Assembly (NCBI RefSeq): GCF_018977255.1
Contig: NW_024704743.1
Location: 28,026,001-28,090,000 of the forward strand
DNA length: 64,000 nt
Reading direction: 5' to 3'
Source of the DNA: Callorhinchus milii
Lineage: Eukaryota
In this document: piece by piece, positions 1 through 12,947 of the stretch
How the letters are laid out: each line of letters begins with the position of its first letter
Position numbering within the stretch: position 1 is the stretch's first letter
Position numbers and translations under genes: made by a program
Notes under the pieces: generated by a model
The model's database searches: none
Told to the model about the DNA's origin: nothing
What the model saw: the letters and a program-made list of their open reading frames with translations, nothing else

Positions 1-129
1 TGTCTTTACAGGAACAAATAATGTGTCACAAGGTCAGGGTTAGTTCCATAAAGTTACATGAAGTGTTAGATCAATAGGCCATAATCAAATGCAAGGACAA
101 TTTATTTTAATTCTGCTCTTACTACTAAT

Positions 130-305
130 AATAAATTGATCACTCAATCCACAACTGTTTGTGGGTCACTGCTGTGCGCAATTGGCTGCCGCGTTTCGCC
201 CACAAAATATATAGTCAATTCACTTTATAGTATATTCTGTGAAGAGCTTTGAAATGTATTAAAGACGTGATCAGGCGCTATATCAAATGCAAGGATTATT
301 ATTAC
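130..305 (+). mobile_element. 3' half of a tRNA-Deu SINE
   Basis: Deu core ctgtttgtggg..gctgtgcgcaattggctgccgcg and tail atatcaaatgcaaggattattatt. Confidence 0.8.
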
Positions 306-1332
306 TATCATGGACTAAGACAGAGCAGAAACCCTAATGTGCTTGAGATCTTAGCTTAAAGGGTATTGAATTGCAATTTACAATTGTGCAGTATTCTGCA
401 AAATTCAGTCTTAATTTAGACACATTTTACTGCAGTTGTTAAAAAGAAATGCGGAAAGCTAAGAATTTTTCCAAAATTGTGCACTATCTTACATTTTAAG
501 ATAATAGTCTTCAAGCTAAAACCAGCAGAAATTCCAGACCTCTGTTCTCTCAAGTGTGGAGGACAAATGAGAGAAAGGGAGGGCGAGGGAGACTATCTGG
601 CGGAGCTATTTTGGTGGTGGTCACTGTGTTTGCTTCTCGTTGCTGTGGAGGTCACTTTAGAACCTACTATCAGTAATCCTGTTGCTCGTCTGGCATGTCC
701 ATAAAGTTCCTATAAAGCGAGGAAATGGTATTAGACTGATAAAGAGCTGTCTTGAATGACTAAATGACAGGGCAGGATTGATGGGCCGAGTGGCTTCCTC
801 CTACGATTGACAAGATAGGGATACCAAGACCAGTGAGGTTTAGCTCAACAGTCTGCACCTCCTTGCCACTGAATTTTGTGCTGAACATCTTTCATTGCTC
901 ACCTCTTTAGATAATAGAGTGACAGCTGCAGTTCTAACATGTGATGCGGCATCTCCATCAATTCAGTGCTGTTTTGGAGTGATGCGATGAGTGCAAATGA
1001 GAGGAGCAGCAAATGAATTTGAATTTGGGGTAAATTTATTATGATACTTCCTGTTCACTGACATGGAAAATGAGCCAAATTGCCTTTTACTACGTCGTAC
1101 ATTTCTATGGTTCCAGGGTACTCAACTTTGAACACACTCTGCAAAGCATTCGATAAACAGATCTCCAAGCTTACCAAGTGCATTATGTTTATTTTTTACT
1201 ATTTGTTCTGGATGTGATTGAACACCTACATGTTCAGTAACTCTCATATGTAGTGGAAACATCCTCCTGACGTGAAAGATGGAATAAAAATGCAATTTGT
1301 TGTTCTTGTAAAATCATAGGTTTCCTGGATTC

Positions 1333-1905
1333 AACAACAACAACTTGCATTTACGTAGTGCCCCTCATGCAGGGTAGCACCCCAGAGCGCTTGACTCATG
1401 GACAAATGTTTTGGCTGCGTTTGGGGTAAGGTACGGTTGGAGGCAGGCAATGAGAGAGAGGGCGTAGTTTGTCATTTCTGTGTTATGGACAGGGCGGAAA
1501 CCAGATTGGAGGGGCTCGAGGAAGGATTGGAAGGAGAGGTGATAGCAAAGCTGGTTAGCGACAACGCATTCCAGAGCTTTGGCAAGAAAGGGCAGGTTGG
1601 ACATGGGTCGGTAATTAGTGAGGTTGGAGAGGTCAAGGGTAATTTTTTTTGAGGAGGGGAGTCAAGACAGTGGTTTTAAGAGGGAGTGGAACAGAGTCTG
1701 AGGAGAGCGACCGTTGGCCAGCAGTGGGGAGAGGAGGGAAATTGGGTGACCAGCAACTGGGTGGGGAGGGGTTCGAGGCAGTAGGTGGTGGGCTTCACCA
1801 CCTGGGAGATGGTGGTTGAGAGGAAAGGGGGAGTAATCGGGGCAAAGAAGTTTAGCGGGGGGGTGGGGGGAGTGGTAGGTGCCATGACAGAAGGAGGGGA
1901 TTCCA
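1333..1905 (-). mobile_element. L2 LINE fragment, internally deleted (RT N-terminal part fused to the 3' tail)
   Basis: ORF 1365-1604 [24 protein letters not shown]; (caa)n tail at 1333. Confidence 0.85.
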
Positions 1906-4169
1906 AAGAAATGCCTTAAATACTGATATTGTCACTTGCCACCAGGTACCATTTATAATAGTAATATTAATCCTTGCACTTGATATGGTGCCTTATCATG
2001 CTATTCAGTAGTCTTAAAGCACTTCACAGGATATATACTTTAAAGTTCTCTGGCTGTATATCGTTTGTGGGCAATGCTGTTATTTGATAGATCGCAACAT
2101 CTGCTTCAAACAGATTGAATGTCCTTACCACTAAAACTCCACTGTGCCTCTTTTTGTTATTAATGTGTACATTTTACTAACAGTAGCAAAATCGCCGCAA
2201 TATACTTTTGGCTAAGTTGTCAGAAAATTAAACAGAATTTATCCCCACGGACTCTATTGTGATTTCTTTTTTCCAGTGCTAAATAGGAAATAGGAGAACA
2301 TTACAATTTGGTTTCAGTTAAAAGTCCAAGTTTAAAAGAAATCCAAGCATATTTCTACGCTTTCTGTGGTCTGGCTGATCAGACTAAGTACATTCAGATT
2401 AGCTGAGATTTCTGGCACAGTTAGACCAAAAATTAATAAAAGATTCAGATTTTCCATATTTTGCAGGATGTGCAACAGAGGAAAGCTTGCTCTGTGTACT
2501 GATACCATTGTTCTTATAGAGGACATTTAAGAAAATTCACTTTTATCTCAATAGGAAATATTATGGCAGAAACACTAGATTATTGGGATAAGGCTGTCAC
2601 ATTGGTTCAATTGTTATGTGTAGTGCCCAGTGTGAGAATGAGCCAAACAGACCACTGATATCCTAAATTCAATCCCCAATGCATATAAGTCTTACCAGGT
2701 AGCAGTTGGATTGCCCATGGGATAGAGTTGCAGTGACGATTGGTGGAAGCCATTGTGTATAGATAGATTTTGTGCGAAGCCTGGATTGTGCTCAACATTA
2801 GTGTTATTTACCTTCCTTCCCCCTTTACTGTCACCTCATTTCACAACACTCACTGGATTTTATTGTTCAATAATCACTGACAAAGACAATGTTTCTCTTG
2901 CTATTTACCATGTAATTTACTAAATCAGGCTAAAATAGATCCCACTCTCTGATCTCCCATATAGAGTGTAGCCACTTGGATGAACTACCAGATTACAGTT
3001 CCCCTTGTGATTACAGTGTGGATTTGACCAGCCTTTTGGAAGATGTCCCATTCTTGTCTGGACGTTTTACTCTCCCACTCTTAAAGCACTTGGACAACAC
3101 TGCAGCAGTTCACTGTGAGAGTCCAAAATTAGTTATTCCTTGAATCTGGGATTCAAATTACTGTCTCCTGTTTGAGGCTCCTGTCATCTGAGTTTGGGAG
3201 AAGACCATGCAGCCCATCCTGACATCTCCACCATTTTATAATTTACTGACAGCAGCAGCTCTCTGAATTCTAATCCCATTTTCCCACATTTTGCATAGAG
3301 TCTGTGAACTGGTGCAGACTTTTCTAATTTGGAAAAAATTAATTCCAAGATTTTAGTCCAATTGTTGGTTAAACCACTGATAATCCAGATGCTGTATATA
3401 TTTAGACATTGGCTGTAGTTTGTGAGGCTACCAATAATCCAGATGTTAGGCTGTAGTTTCACGCTGGATAGAGATAACCACTTGTTATAAATAAATTATA
3501 GTGTCCCTTCGAGATTTAAGTGTGCCCTTGGTTAGTGCTTGCGATGGTAATGACCAGTTGTAATGCAGATGTTGCTGATCAGGGAAGTTCAATATGTTCT
3601 CTTGATAGAGGCTTGACCGTGGTGGCTTACAATTGAGCAATTCATGAAGAAGTTTGCAAAACTTTCCAGAAACAAGCTATTTGTGCTCTTGTACTCAGCC
3701 AATTCCACACTAGAGTTCCATAGAGTGGTCGAGAGAAGCCCTCAATTGAAAGCTGATAATTGCAGAAATAAAGTCCAATAGTAATTGTATGATGATGTAA
3801 TGAGAATTATATTCCTGCAGGCTAGTTACAGGTGGAGGATTTCCAAGTCCCCAGTTGCATTTCTCCATCTCAGTCTATCCTTTTCAGTCGACTTCAGAAA
3901 TTCCCTCTGTTTGGTTCATTAACACTACTTCAGTAATTTTGTTTCCCCTCATTCCTCAGCTGTGACTCAATGGTAAATCAACTTCACTTAAAATAATCTA
4001 CTTTAAAAATAAAGAAAACAGCTGCAGTATCTTTAGTGTTGATATCGGTCAGGTGTAAAAATGACTTCTCAGCCAGATCAGGCGTATGTTTCTCGGATAA
4101 ATCTGACTGGCTTTTTTCTCTCCACAGAATTGTTGGTATGATTTTTTTGTAGGAGGGAATGTACATCAA

Positions 4170-5301
4170 AGCGAAACCTTGGGCAAGTTTCCTTATTCCA
4201 TACACCTGATAATAATCCCTCAAGAAAAAAAAGACAATAATAAAATTGGTCACTTCAATCCACGACTGTTTATGGGACACTGCTGTGCGCAATTGGCTGC
4301 CGTGTTTTGCCCACAAATATACAGTCAATTCACTTTACAGCATATTCTGTGAAGCGCATTGAGACATCTAGAAGATGTGAAAAGCGCTATATCAAATGCA
4401 AGGATTATTATTACATATTTTCAAAATAACCCTTGTAAATATCAACTGATTATACTGGAAAGTGTGCCATACATACAAAGAAAGTGTGGAGTCCTGTAGC
4501 TCAATGGTTAAAGCATGCGAGGCAACCTGGGTTCAATTCCCAGCAGGGTGAAATATTCGACAAGTTTCCTTACTTCACACGTCTATATTTACCTAGCAGT
4601 AAGTAGGAACCTGGTTGTAGTCGATTGGCGGATCGTTTTTCCAGGGGTAATGATTCCTTAAAAAATAATAATTTGGTTACTTAATCCACGACTGTTTGTG
4701 GGACACAGCTGTGTGCAAGTGGCTGCCGCTTTGCCCACAAAACATACAGCCAATTCACTTTACAGTGTATTCTGTGAAGCGCTTTGAGATGTCTAGCGGA
4801 CCTGCAAAGGTGCTATATCAAATGCAAGGATTACTATTAAAGCTATTATTAAAGTTCATGGAAAGTAAGGAATCCTGTAGCCTACGCCACCCCACATCTT
4901 TGTTTGTTGTGCGGAGTCCTGTCGTGTATTAGTTAGAGCACTCGCCTCGCAAGCGAGAGGACCCAGGTTAGATTTTCGGGCAGGGCGAAACGTTAGGCAA
5001 GTTTCCTTACTCCACACGTCTCTGTTTACTTTGCAGTAAGTAGGAATCCGGTTGTTAATCGATTGGCGGATCGCTTTTCCAAAGATAATAATCTCTTCAA
5101 AAAAAGAAATTTTACAACATAATAATAATTTGGTCACTCAATTCACGACTGTTTGTGGAACACTGCTGTGCGCAATTGGCTACCGTGTTTCACCCACTAA
5201 ATATACAGTTAATTCACTTCACAGAATATTGTGTGAAGCCCTTTGAGATATATCGAAGAATTGTTAAGGCGCTATATCAAATGCAAACATTATTATTATT
5301 A
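4170..5301 (+). mobile_element. Cluster of three tandem tRNA-Deu SINE copies (about 4170-4414, 4486-4839, 4911-5301)
   Basis: ggagtcctgtagctca head with A/B boxes in the last two copies; repeated Deu core and (att)n tails. Confidence 0.85.
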
Positions 5302-5429
5302 TGTTCATCTAATGGTTAGCACCAATTCTTTATTTATCCAGTCTGGTTTTTGCCTGTTCGTAATGCAGTTGTGGGCTGTGGCTCCTGGTTAGTGCTTTAG
5401 ATTACAGTGTCTACTTGTAACAGAGAAGT

Positions 5430-5577
5430 AGCTTCTTGGGGAAAGCGGATAGGGATTTTGCTTTCGCAATGAAATTGAAGCTAATTATTGAGTATTGATG
5501 ATTAAAATTGATGTGCTGCGGACACAGTGGGCCAAATGGCCTCCTTCTGTGCTGTATAATTCTATGATTCCATGATG
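5430..5577 (+). mobile_element. CR1-type LINE 3' end
   Basis: gggccaaatggcctccttctgtgctgtataattctatgattccatga, a CR1 hairpin followed by an octamer-like tail. Confidence 0.7.
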
Positions 5578-8059
5578 CTCTCTAATCACTGACTCACTGA
5601 CCAGGGGTTTACTCCCGGCTTGTGCATCATACCTTTACTGAAGCTCAGGGTATGAGGCTAGCTGTGCCGCTGCCATGTTTATCATTTGTAGGCATCAACT
5701 TCGTAAGATAATCCTGCCCAAATTGCTACTTTGTTTTAAGGCAAGATGCAGAGCGCTTGGAATAACAGCAAAACAATGTTGTTGATAAACAACTGTGCCT
5801 AAAAAGATGGTGCTTGTGAGGTAGAAATATAACACTTGATGGTTCTTTCATTTTTAAACTCTCTAGGTTGAATGTTGGGATCTCAAAGAGTGACCTTTCA
5901 TAGGAACATTGGAAAACAGGAGCAGTTGGAGACCATTCAGCCCATCAAGCTTTTTCCACCAAGTTATTAGGTCTTGACAGATCTTTTGATCCCAATGCAC
6001 TGCCCTTGAACCAGATTTCTTTTGATAGAACTTTACAGGATAGCAACTTACCTAAATCAGTATCCTTGAATTATTATTTTATTACTATTATAATAATTAT
6101 TATTAAAATTAAAATTTAATTAAAATTAAATTAAAATTAGATTAAAATTATTTCAAAACACATTTTAATATCATAGTTTTAATGAAGGCATGGAATATAT
6201 CTAGGAATAGTGCATTTCTGACCCCCTGCTCCCTCTATCATAAAGTCTATTGGAAACTGTGGAAACAGAAAAATCCTATTTTTGCATTCGTGGGTGGCAG
6301 TGAAGCAGTGCTCTCAACCTTCTGATGCACCGCACACTTTTCAGTCCTAATGTTCTTCACAACATGCATTTTCATAAAAAGTGAAATGAATAAAACATAT
6401 GGGGTTCAGTGAGACCTGATTCTTATTTTCGCTTGAGAGGCTGGCCATAACTTACCATGATATTGCTAACATTGAGTTATAGCTGAGAGAATAAAAGTCG
6501 TACACAAACATTTATGAAGCAACCCTCACAAGTTGGTTGGTTCTCCTTTGGGTAGCTTTGCAGTCCACAACCGAGACGCTATGCTAAATCCCCTAGCAGA
6601 CACGCTAACTGCTCCCTCAAGTTCCTGGTAGAGTTAAATGTCACATGGAGCACTTCCTACTAACGCTCGCATAACTGTGTTCTCCCACTCCGTGGCCGTA
6701 ACTCAATTTAAAATGTTATCAAATAGTTTAAATAAACCAGAAACACACTTGGGATTTTAACAAAGTTGGGGAGGAACATTCAGTGCTTCATAACATTAGA
6801 ATTTGAGTTGATAATTATGGCCTGGTTTTGGATGTGACCCTTTCCTCTATCTTTGGTAGAGATGTTGGATCCAATATCTTTAGCTTCTCTCTTAGCTGGC
6901 TCATTTATTTTCCTGACCGCAGAGCCAACATTTGACTGTCATTTCACATGATGCTGATTGACTTAAATCAATATCTCACAAAGCAGTGCTGACACATCGC
7001 TTTCTCGATTCACAAACACCAAGGAGACCACTGAAACCTTTAGGCCCAAACACTGTGCTGATGAACGGAGTTGGAGGGGAGGAAGGTGTCACACCTGCAA
7101 CCAAATGATTTATTGACTGAAATTATACTGTTTCTTAATGGATTCAGTATGATCATTTTCACTTCAGGATATACTCCCACGATAAAGAAATGTGCGACAG
7201 TTTAGCGGGGGACGTGGTATTTACTGCCGTATCAGTAAACTTTTGGGTTCAGTTGTTGGGTTTGCAGCCTCTTCAGACAGAACCAACAAATGTTTATTTT
7301 CAAAATGTTACGAAAGGGCTCCAGAGATTGAACGGATCCAGAGACCACACAAACACAAGGCTGGGGGATCATGAATAAATCCCTTTTTATGAAACACTTC
7401 GGATTCCAACTCCACATACTGACATACTGTTTAAGAGATGACAGTTCTGATGCAAGACTTGCTGTCTCTTTGTGGCTGTTCAGGAGATACCATTTCCTGA
7501 GAGTCACTTTTCCACAAATAGCACCGGTGGTCTGCTGATCCACAACGTTTATTGCCAGCAAGAGTCTATCCTGGGCTCAGCTGGTGGGCCATCCCACTTC
7601 AGATTGGCTGCCTCCTCGGCTGCCTCTTGTGTAACATGGATTACAGAGGTCAATTGGTCACCCTTCACTGAGGATGATAAGTGGGCTCTGGATGGTATGC
7701 TTCTAATTATGTCTCGTCTCCCCGAGACCTTGGCAGTGACCAAAAATAATGCAAGTTGCATCAGGTTTCATTGGCCGTGGAGAAAGTTGAATGTGTTCCA
7801 TTGTGATAAATTGTCTCAGTTGCTGCCATCTAGCCACATGTCAGAAGTGCTGCAGGCATTCAGAACGGATTTGCCAGCCATGTGCTTCATGCTCAGTTTA
7901 CACTGCTGGAAGCAATGGAATAGCGCTACCGGCAATATTAATCATAACTTTTTAGGCCCTAAGCAAACACTGGACTTGCTGGCCTGTAGATCTTGGTATT
8001 AGAGTTCTTATGTTTAACAGGTATCAGCCCGGCTCATGGTTATCAGCTGGTTCACAAGT

Positions 8060-8590
8060 GTCAGGCTGGCTCAGTTGGTTGCACCCTTACCTCTGCATCA
8101 GAGATTGCGATTCAAGTTAAATTTATAGTTTAGGCTGGCACTCCACTGTAATGCTGGGAAAGCACTGCATTGTTGGAGGAACTGATCTTCGGGTTATACT
8201 TTAAGTGAGATCCTGTCTACTTTTTCAGGTGGACAGTAAAATCCCATGGCAATATTCAATAAGAGAAAGTAGATTTTCCCGGTCTCATGCCCAGCAATCT
8301 CCAGATAAAATCGATCATTCATTTCATAGCTGTTTATGTTATTCATTTCAAACCCAACCCCCAGCTCGTGTCCAAATTCTTGACTGTTCAACTCCTTGGG
8401 ATGTCCTCCTGATGCGAAAGGTGCTATGCAAATGTAATTTGTTGTTGTTGTTGTTTGTGGGTCATGGCTGCATGCAAGTTGGCTGCCACGTTTACCTACG
8501 TAGCACTACACTTTAACAGTAATATTTTGTGAAATGCTTTGAGACCTTTCAGGAATATAGTAAGCTACTGCATGAAATGCAAGGATTAAC
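8060..8590 (+). mobile_element. Old Deu-domain SINE interrupted by an L2 3' tail (about 8355-8455)
   Basis: caggtggac..aaatcccatggca.tattc core; nested ccttgggatgtcctcctgatgcgaaagg...(ttg)n. Confidence 0.65.
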
Positions 8591-10886
8591 ATTATGATAA
8601 AGTTGTCAGCTTTCTGCCAAATTACTTAGTAGCTAAAGACAGGTTTGGATCACACTTTTTAGCGATGGGATAATTATAACATTGAATGTAAATGATATAT
8701 TACATGCATGAACCTTCAGTGCTTATTTGAAATTTGATCACAGCTGGAATTTTTAATACATATACTGTATATTCATCTGCTCGAGTGACCAGATGGACAC
8801 CCAAGTTTATCCACTAGGATAGATTTCCAACTAGCCACTCAGCCATCAACCCTATTCTGAGATAACCTCATCCACTGGAGCTCCTTATTCTAGTTCCCTC
8901 CCACCTTATTCAATTTCTGGTTTGTGCAAATGGCAGCCTATGAATTGTGAATCTTAGATTGGCAAAACCTAAACAAAAGTGGTGACCAGATGAGAAGTGA
9001 CTGACGATTTTATGCCTGAATCTTTTTTTCGATTTGGGATTTGCAAACTGCATGTTGCACAGCTTGTAGAAACACCAAATCCAGTTTGTGAATCTCTCGA
9101 AGTGAACCACCTTACAGAAAACAATTTCGTTTTCATAAACTTTTGTACGGCATCCTCCACATAGGATGGCATCTCACAGGGGAGTCCATAGATAGTGCAG
9201 ATCAGTGAGCTAAGTATGAAGTGTTTGAAGATAATAACCACTGGCAAGGAGCTATATTTTTAGGAAGGTTTTAAGACAGGGAGAGAGTGAGAAGTGAAAG
9301 GATTCTAGAAGAAAGTTTCAGAGAGGAGAGATATTGTGGCTCAAAAGTTCCCAATTAAACCACTGTTATAAGCCTTTTCTCACTAAATAAACCTTCTGAT
9401 TGAAGACTCCAAGGATCCCCAACCCACAAGCACAGGCTACATTTGCAATTTCCAGGCAGAGAAAAGCCGTGCATTAGCCACAGAGGGTAATTATTTGGCA
9501 AGCTTTTCATTTCCTGACGCATGTTAACAATGTATTGAAATAGATAATCCCGTTTTGGGGGAGACAGTGCAAATACAGTAATCTTTGCCTTTTGTTCACA
9601 TTTATCAGTGGTATTGTCATTTGTTCTTGTGTAGACTGGGATTATCAATTCAGGAGAAGCTTTCTTCAGAAGTACATTATTCTGTAATTTGAGGAGATTC
9701 TAACTGCAGGACTATTTTCCAGAAAGTTTATTGCCGTATTCCACAATGTTTCCCTCGTTGCATATATTACATTTCCAGCTGCATTGGATTCTTGTGGGAT
9801 AGAATAATAGTTTTCTTGTGGAATTCCCTGTCCATTCCCCACAGACATTTTGGCTGAAGGTGTGCATGAAGGTTTCGACCAAAGTATTTCTTACTTTGGA
9901 TTAAGTTATGTCTCCAGTTATGCACTCAGCGAGAAAAAGAGAATTTTAAGCATTGAAATTGGAGAAGAAAAATACTTATTTAAAATGCACTGGATATTAT
10001 TTCTCTGTCGAGCTGCAGTAATTACATTGACAAGTGTACTTAGTGACTTTCAGGCTGCTGTCAGAAATCTGCAAGGAATTTTCTATTTAAAAAGGTATCC
10101 AGCAGCCAATGTGGTATCAAAAATAAATGACCTCAACTTCTGTCAGTTATCTTTGAGAAGAGAGAGATTTTATCCACCAACAAGGGGCAGGCAGCAAGTT
10201 TAACAGATCCAAACTCTCCCGAGTTGCTGACATAGCCACAGCATCCTTACCTTACAGCAGCCTGTGTAAAGCCTGTGTAAAGAGTCAGAGCAGCAAAGGT
10301 AATGACTTCAACAAAAACATCTAGAGTATAATACAAGGAATAACAAATAGAAGGGAAAGATTTCAAGAGTGGAATCCAGAGGTGAGTTCAGGTAGTAGCT
10401 GGAAGCTATTCTCTTGCAGATTATGTCATCTGATCCTCACCCACCCCCACCCCCACCCCGTATTCCCCCCACTCCCGTCTTACCTCCCCGCTCCCCACCT
10501 CAATTAAATTTACCTCCTTGGAATATGTTCTCTGCTTATTCAATGTATATTTGATAAAGGAGTAAAGTGGTTGCACATGTAATGTGTAAGAAAGTATACA
10601 GCTGTCCCAGCTACCAGCAGTTTATACCCCCACAGCTAACTCTTTGGTCTTTCCTTGTATAATCTTGTGTGGGGGCATTGCTCTGAACAATGGTGCTGCT
10701 AATTCCATCACTGTCAGGAATTGCCCTTGTTCATATCGGGGTGCAGTGTCACTTGACTACAGATGTGTGTGTGTAGCTTTCCTTCTGAATGTCTTATCAT
10801 TACTCTTTCCTCCATTCTCACTTGTCTCTCGCATCACTTTCTCTTTCCCTCTCCTCCTCTACTGCACTCACTCCTGCAACAAACAG

Positions 10887-10988
10887 AGACGAGGATTGTG
10901 AAGAAGGAGCAGAGGAAGAGCAACCAGTCACTGAACCTAATACCGAAGATGAGGGGGATGAAGAGCCCTCTTGTCAGGTCCAGAAAAG
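10887..10988 (+). CDS. FHOD3: FHOD3 internal exon A (102 nt, phase 2-2), acidic: DEDCEEGAEEEQPVTEPNTEDEGDEEPSCQVQK
   Basis: Long pyrimidine tract then aaacAG|; donor AAG|gtatta. The peptide resembles the recalled mammalian cardiac-insert sequence EEEEQPITEPSSEEEREDDASCQ. Phase matches the next exon. Confidence 0.85.
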
Positions 10989-11511
10989 GTATTAGGAAAC
11001 CAAATTTGCATTCTATATGACACTTAGCACTTGAATATATAGATGCAAGATCTATACAAATTATAACCATTTCCTTCTTAGATTGGGTCACTTTATTGCA
11101 GCTATGTTTGATAACATCTTTCCCAAACAAATTTGGTACTTAGTATTTCCTACCATTGTAGCCTTCCACACTAACATAGAAAGTAGATAGACCCGTAGCA
11201 AGCTTTCCATGTGCTTTACTCATGTATTGCTCTGGACAATGGTTCTACTAATTCCATCACTGAAGAGAACCAAATCCAGTTTGAAAGTAGTAGAGAGGAC
11301 ATGCTAACTGAGGGTTAGATTGAGCATCCATTAACCATTTCAAACTTCAGTTGGAAATTGATTAGCTGGTAAATGAAACAATTATATGTTTTAAGTGCCA
11401 ATAATGCTCCTGTATCTTGAAAAGATTGTTTAAATATTTTTGGCTATTTGAATTTTCACACCTAATACTCTTATTCTTATCCTCCTATCCTATCCTCCCT
11501 TTTCTCTCCAG

Positions 11512-11901
11512 TGAGTTGAAGCCAGACACAGCAAACAAACGTGCAGAAATTAGTTCCCAGAGCTCAAAATATATAGCAAACTTTATCCCTCTTTCTGAAG
11601 AGAAAGGACCTTCTTCCCAGCATTACACGTATCCATCCACCAGTTCTTCCTCACTATCTCAATCACCCAGTTCACCTAGTGACTACCAGCATCCTTCATC
11701 ATCATTCCTATCACCATCTGTTGCTACCCATCTATCTCCAAACAGTTCTCAACTTTCATCAGCAAACGCTACCCCAGCTGTGTCTCCAACCATTGAGAAG
11801 CTGCCATATGTTCCCCACTTGCCTTTCCACCTCTTCTCTTATGATCTGAGTGAACCTCCTACAAGGGTCAAAGAAAAAGAAGCAGAGATGAGAGAAAACA
11901 G
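11512..11901 (+). CDS. FHOD3: FHOD3 internal exon B (390 nt, phase 2-2), Ser/Pro-rich, ending VSPTIEKLPYVPHLPFHLFSYDLSEPPTRVKEKEAEMREN
   Basis: Acceptor ctctccAG|, donor CAG|gtagat, open frame (ORF 11417-11905). The C-terminal half matches the recalled human VSPTIDKLPYVPHSPFHLFSYDF...KEKEAE. Confidence 0.92.
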
Positions 11902-12947
11902 GTAGATTGTGCGCCAGTGTGAGCCGCCTTATTCATTAACGTTTGCTTCTCTAAAGGAGAGTTATTATGAAATGTGCTGTTTTTCAATAGATTTCTTGCA
12001 ATTTTATTAACCTTTGCTGCCTTCCTATAACAAAAGGACTATTTTTATTTTTCTCGACTGCTATTTTTAGTGATACTCACCTCAATTTACTTCTCCCCAT
12101 TCTATTTAATAGCCATTGAGTGCTTACCCTCATCTTCCACAGATGGGAAGGAATGGGACGGAAGGGAACTTATGAATTTGGGGTTGATAAAGGGTTCTTC
12201 CCTAACAAATTCGGTACCTCTCTCACCCACCACTCATTCTCACCATTTTCTTCAAAGATGGACATAACCTTGTGTAAAAAAAAGTAGAGGCTGAATTGGA
12301 ATGATCAGAGTTTACAGTGAATCTGAAGCATCCAGATCCAAAGCTTCCAACCCTTACCTCCACTGAGATAGTTGACCTTAATCATGGTAAAAGATGTGGC
12401 AAGACAAATTAGCCGCATTATGAGAGGAAGAGAAGCGAGAGATAAAAGTAATGATTCGGTACTAAAATGTCACTGGGTTACTTTATAATGTGTCACATAG
12501 GTTCATTCCTACATTTGTAGTAAGTTATTTACTACTCTTGTAGAATAGCTATGGTAATTTTTGAATGTTTCTTGTTATTCCTGCCTAATGTAGTGCAGTC
12601 AGGCAACTAAGAGAAAACCTGTCAGTTGAGCATGACAAAGATTATTCCACTTTCCTCAATTGTCTGCAGTCAACTCAGAGATGAAAGGGCAGATTTCCGT
12701 CCTGCCCCAAATGAGGTTATTTCAGATCAAGTAGAAACACTTCTGTGGAAAGGGAAATTGGTCAACGTGTGGTGTTTAACCATCTGTAAATTAACAGTAA
12801 TATCAGCCGAGGGGTCTGTCGCTTGTCACTTTTTACTGATTCCCTCATGGTCATAGCTATGTCCAGACCAAAATTCTGCCATGGCTTGCACATCATGGTT
12901 CAACATGAAACTCAAATGGTTTTTAAATGTTTTTTCAAATGTTTTTT

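Noticed and set aside
4170..5301. Regularly recurring conserved blocks that could be mistaken for a CRISPR-like or tandem array
   Set aside because: They are successive SINE insertions in a eukaryotic intron.
6060..6155. AT-only quasi-palindromic stretch
   Set aside because: Low-complexity (att)n/(ttaaaa)n decay.
6309..6585. cagtgctctcaacct resembling a hAT/Charlie terminal repeat (also gttgaaaaccactg near 27969)
   Set aside because: No convincing partner inverted repeat or 8-bp target duplication.
7190..8002. Cluster of overlapping ORFs, including a 176-aa + strand ORF
   Set aside because: No recognisable domain, splice context or FHOD3 similarity; treated as chance ORFs. A BLASTX search would settle it.
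10438..10500. C-run tract (possible G-quadruplex on the template strand), also 28720-28760
   Set aside because: Such tracts are common in this genome and there is no evidence of function.
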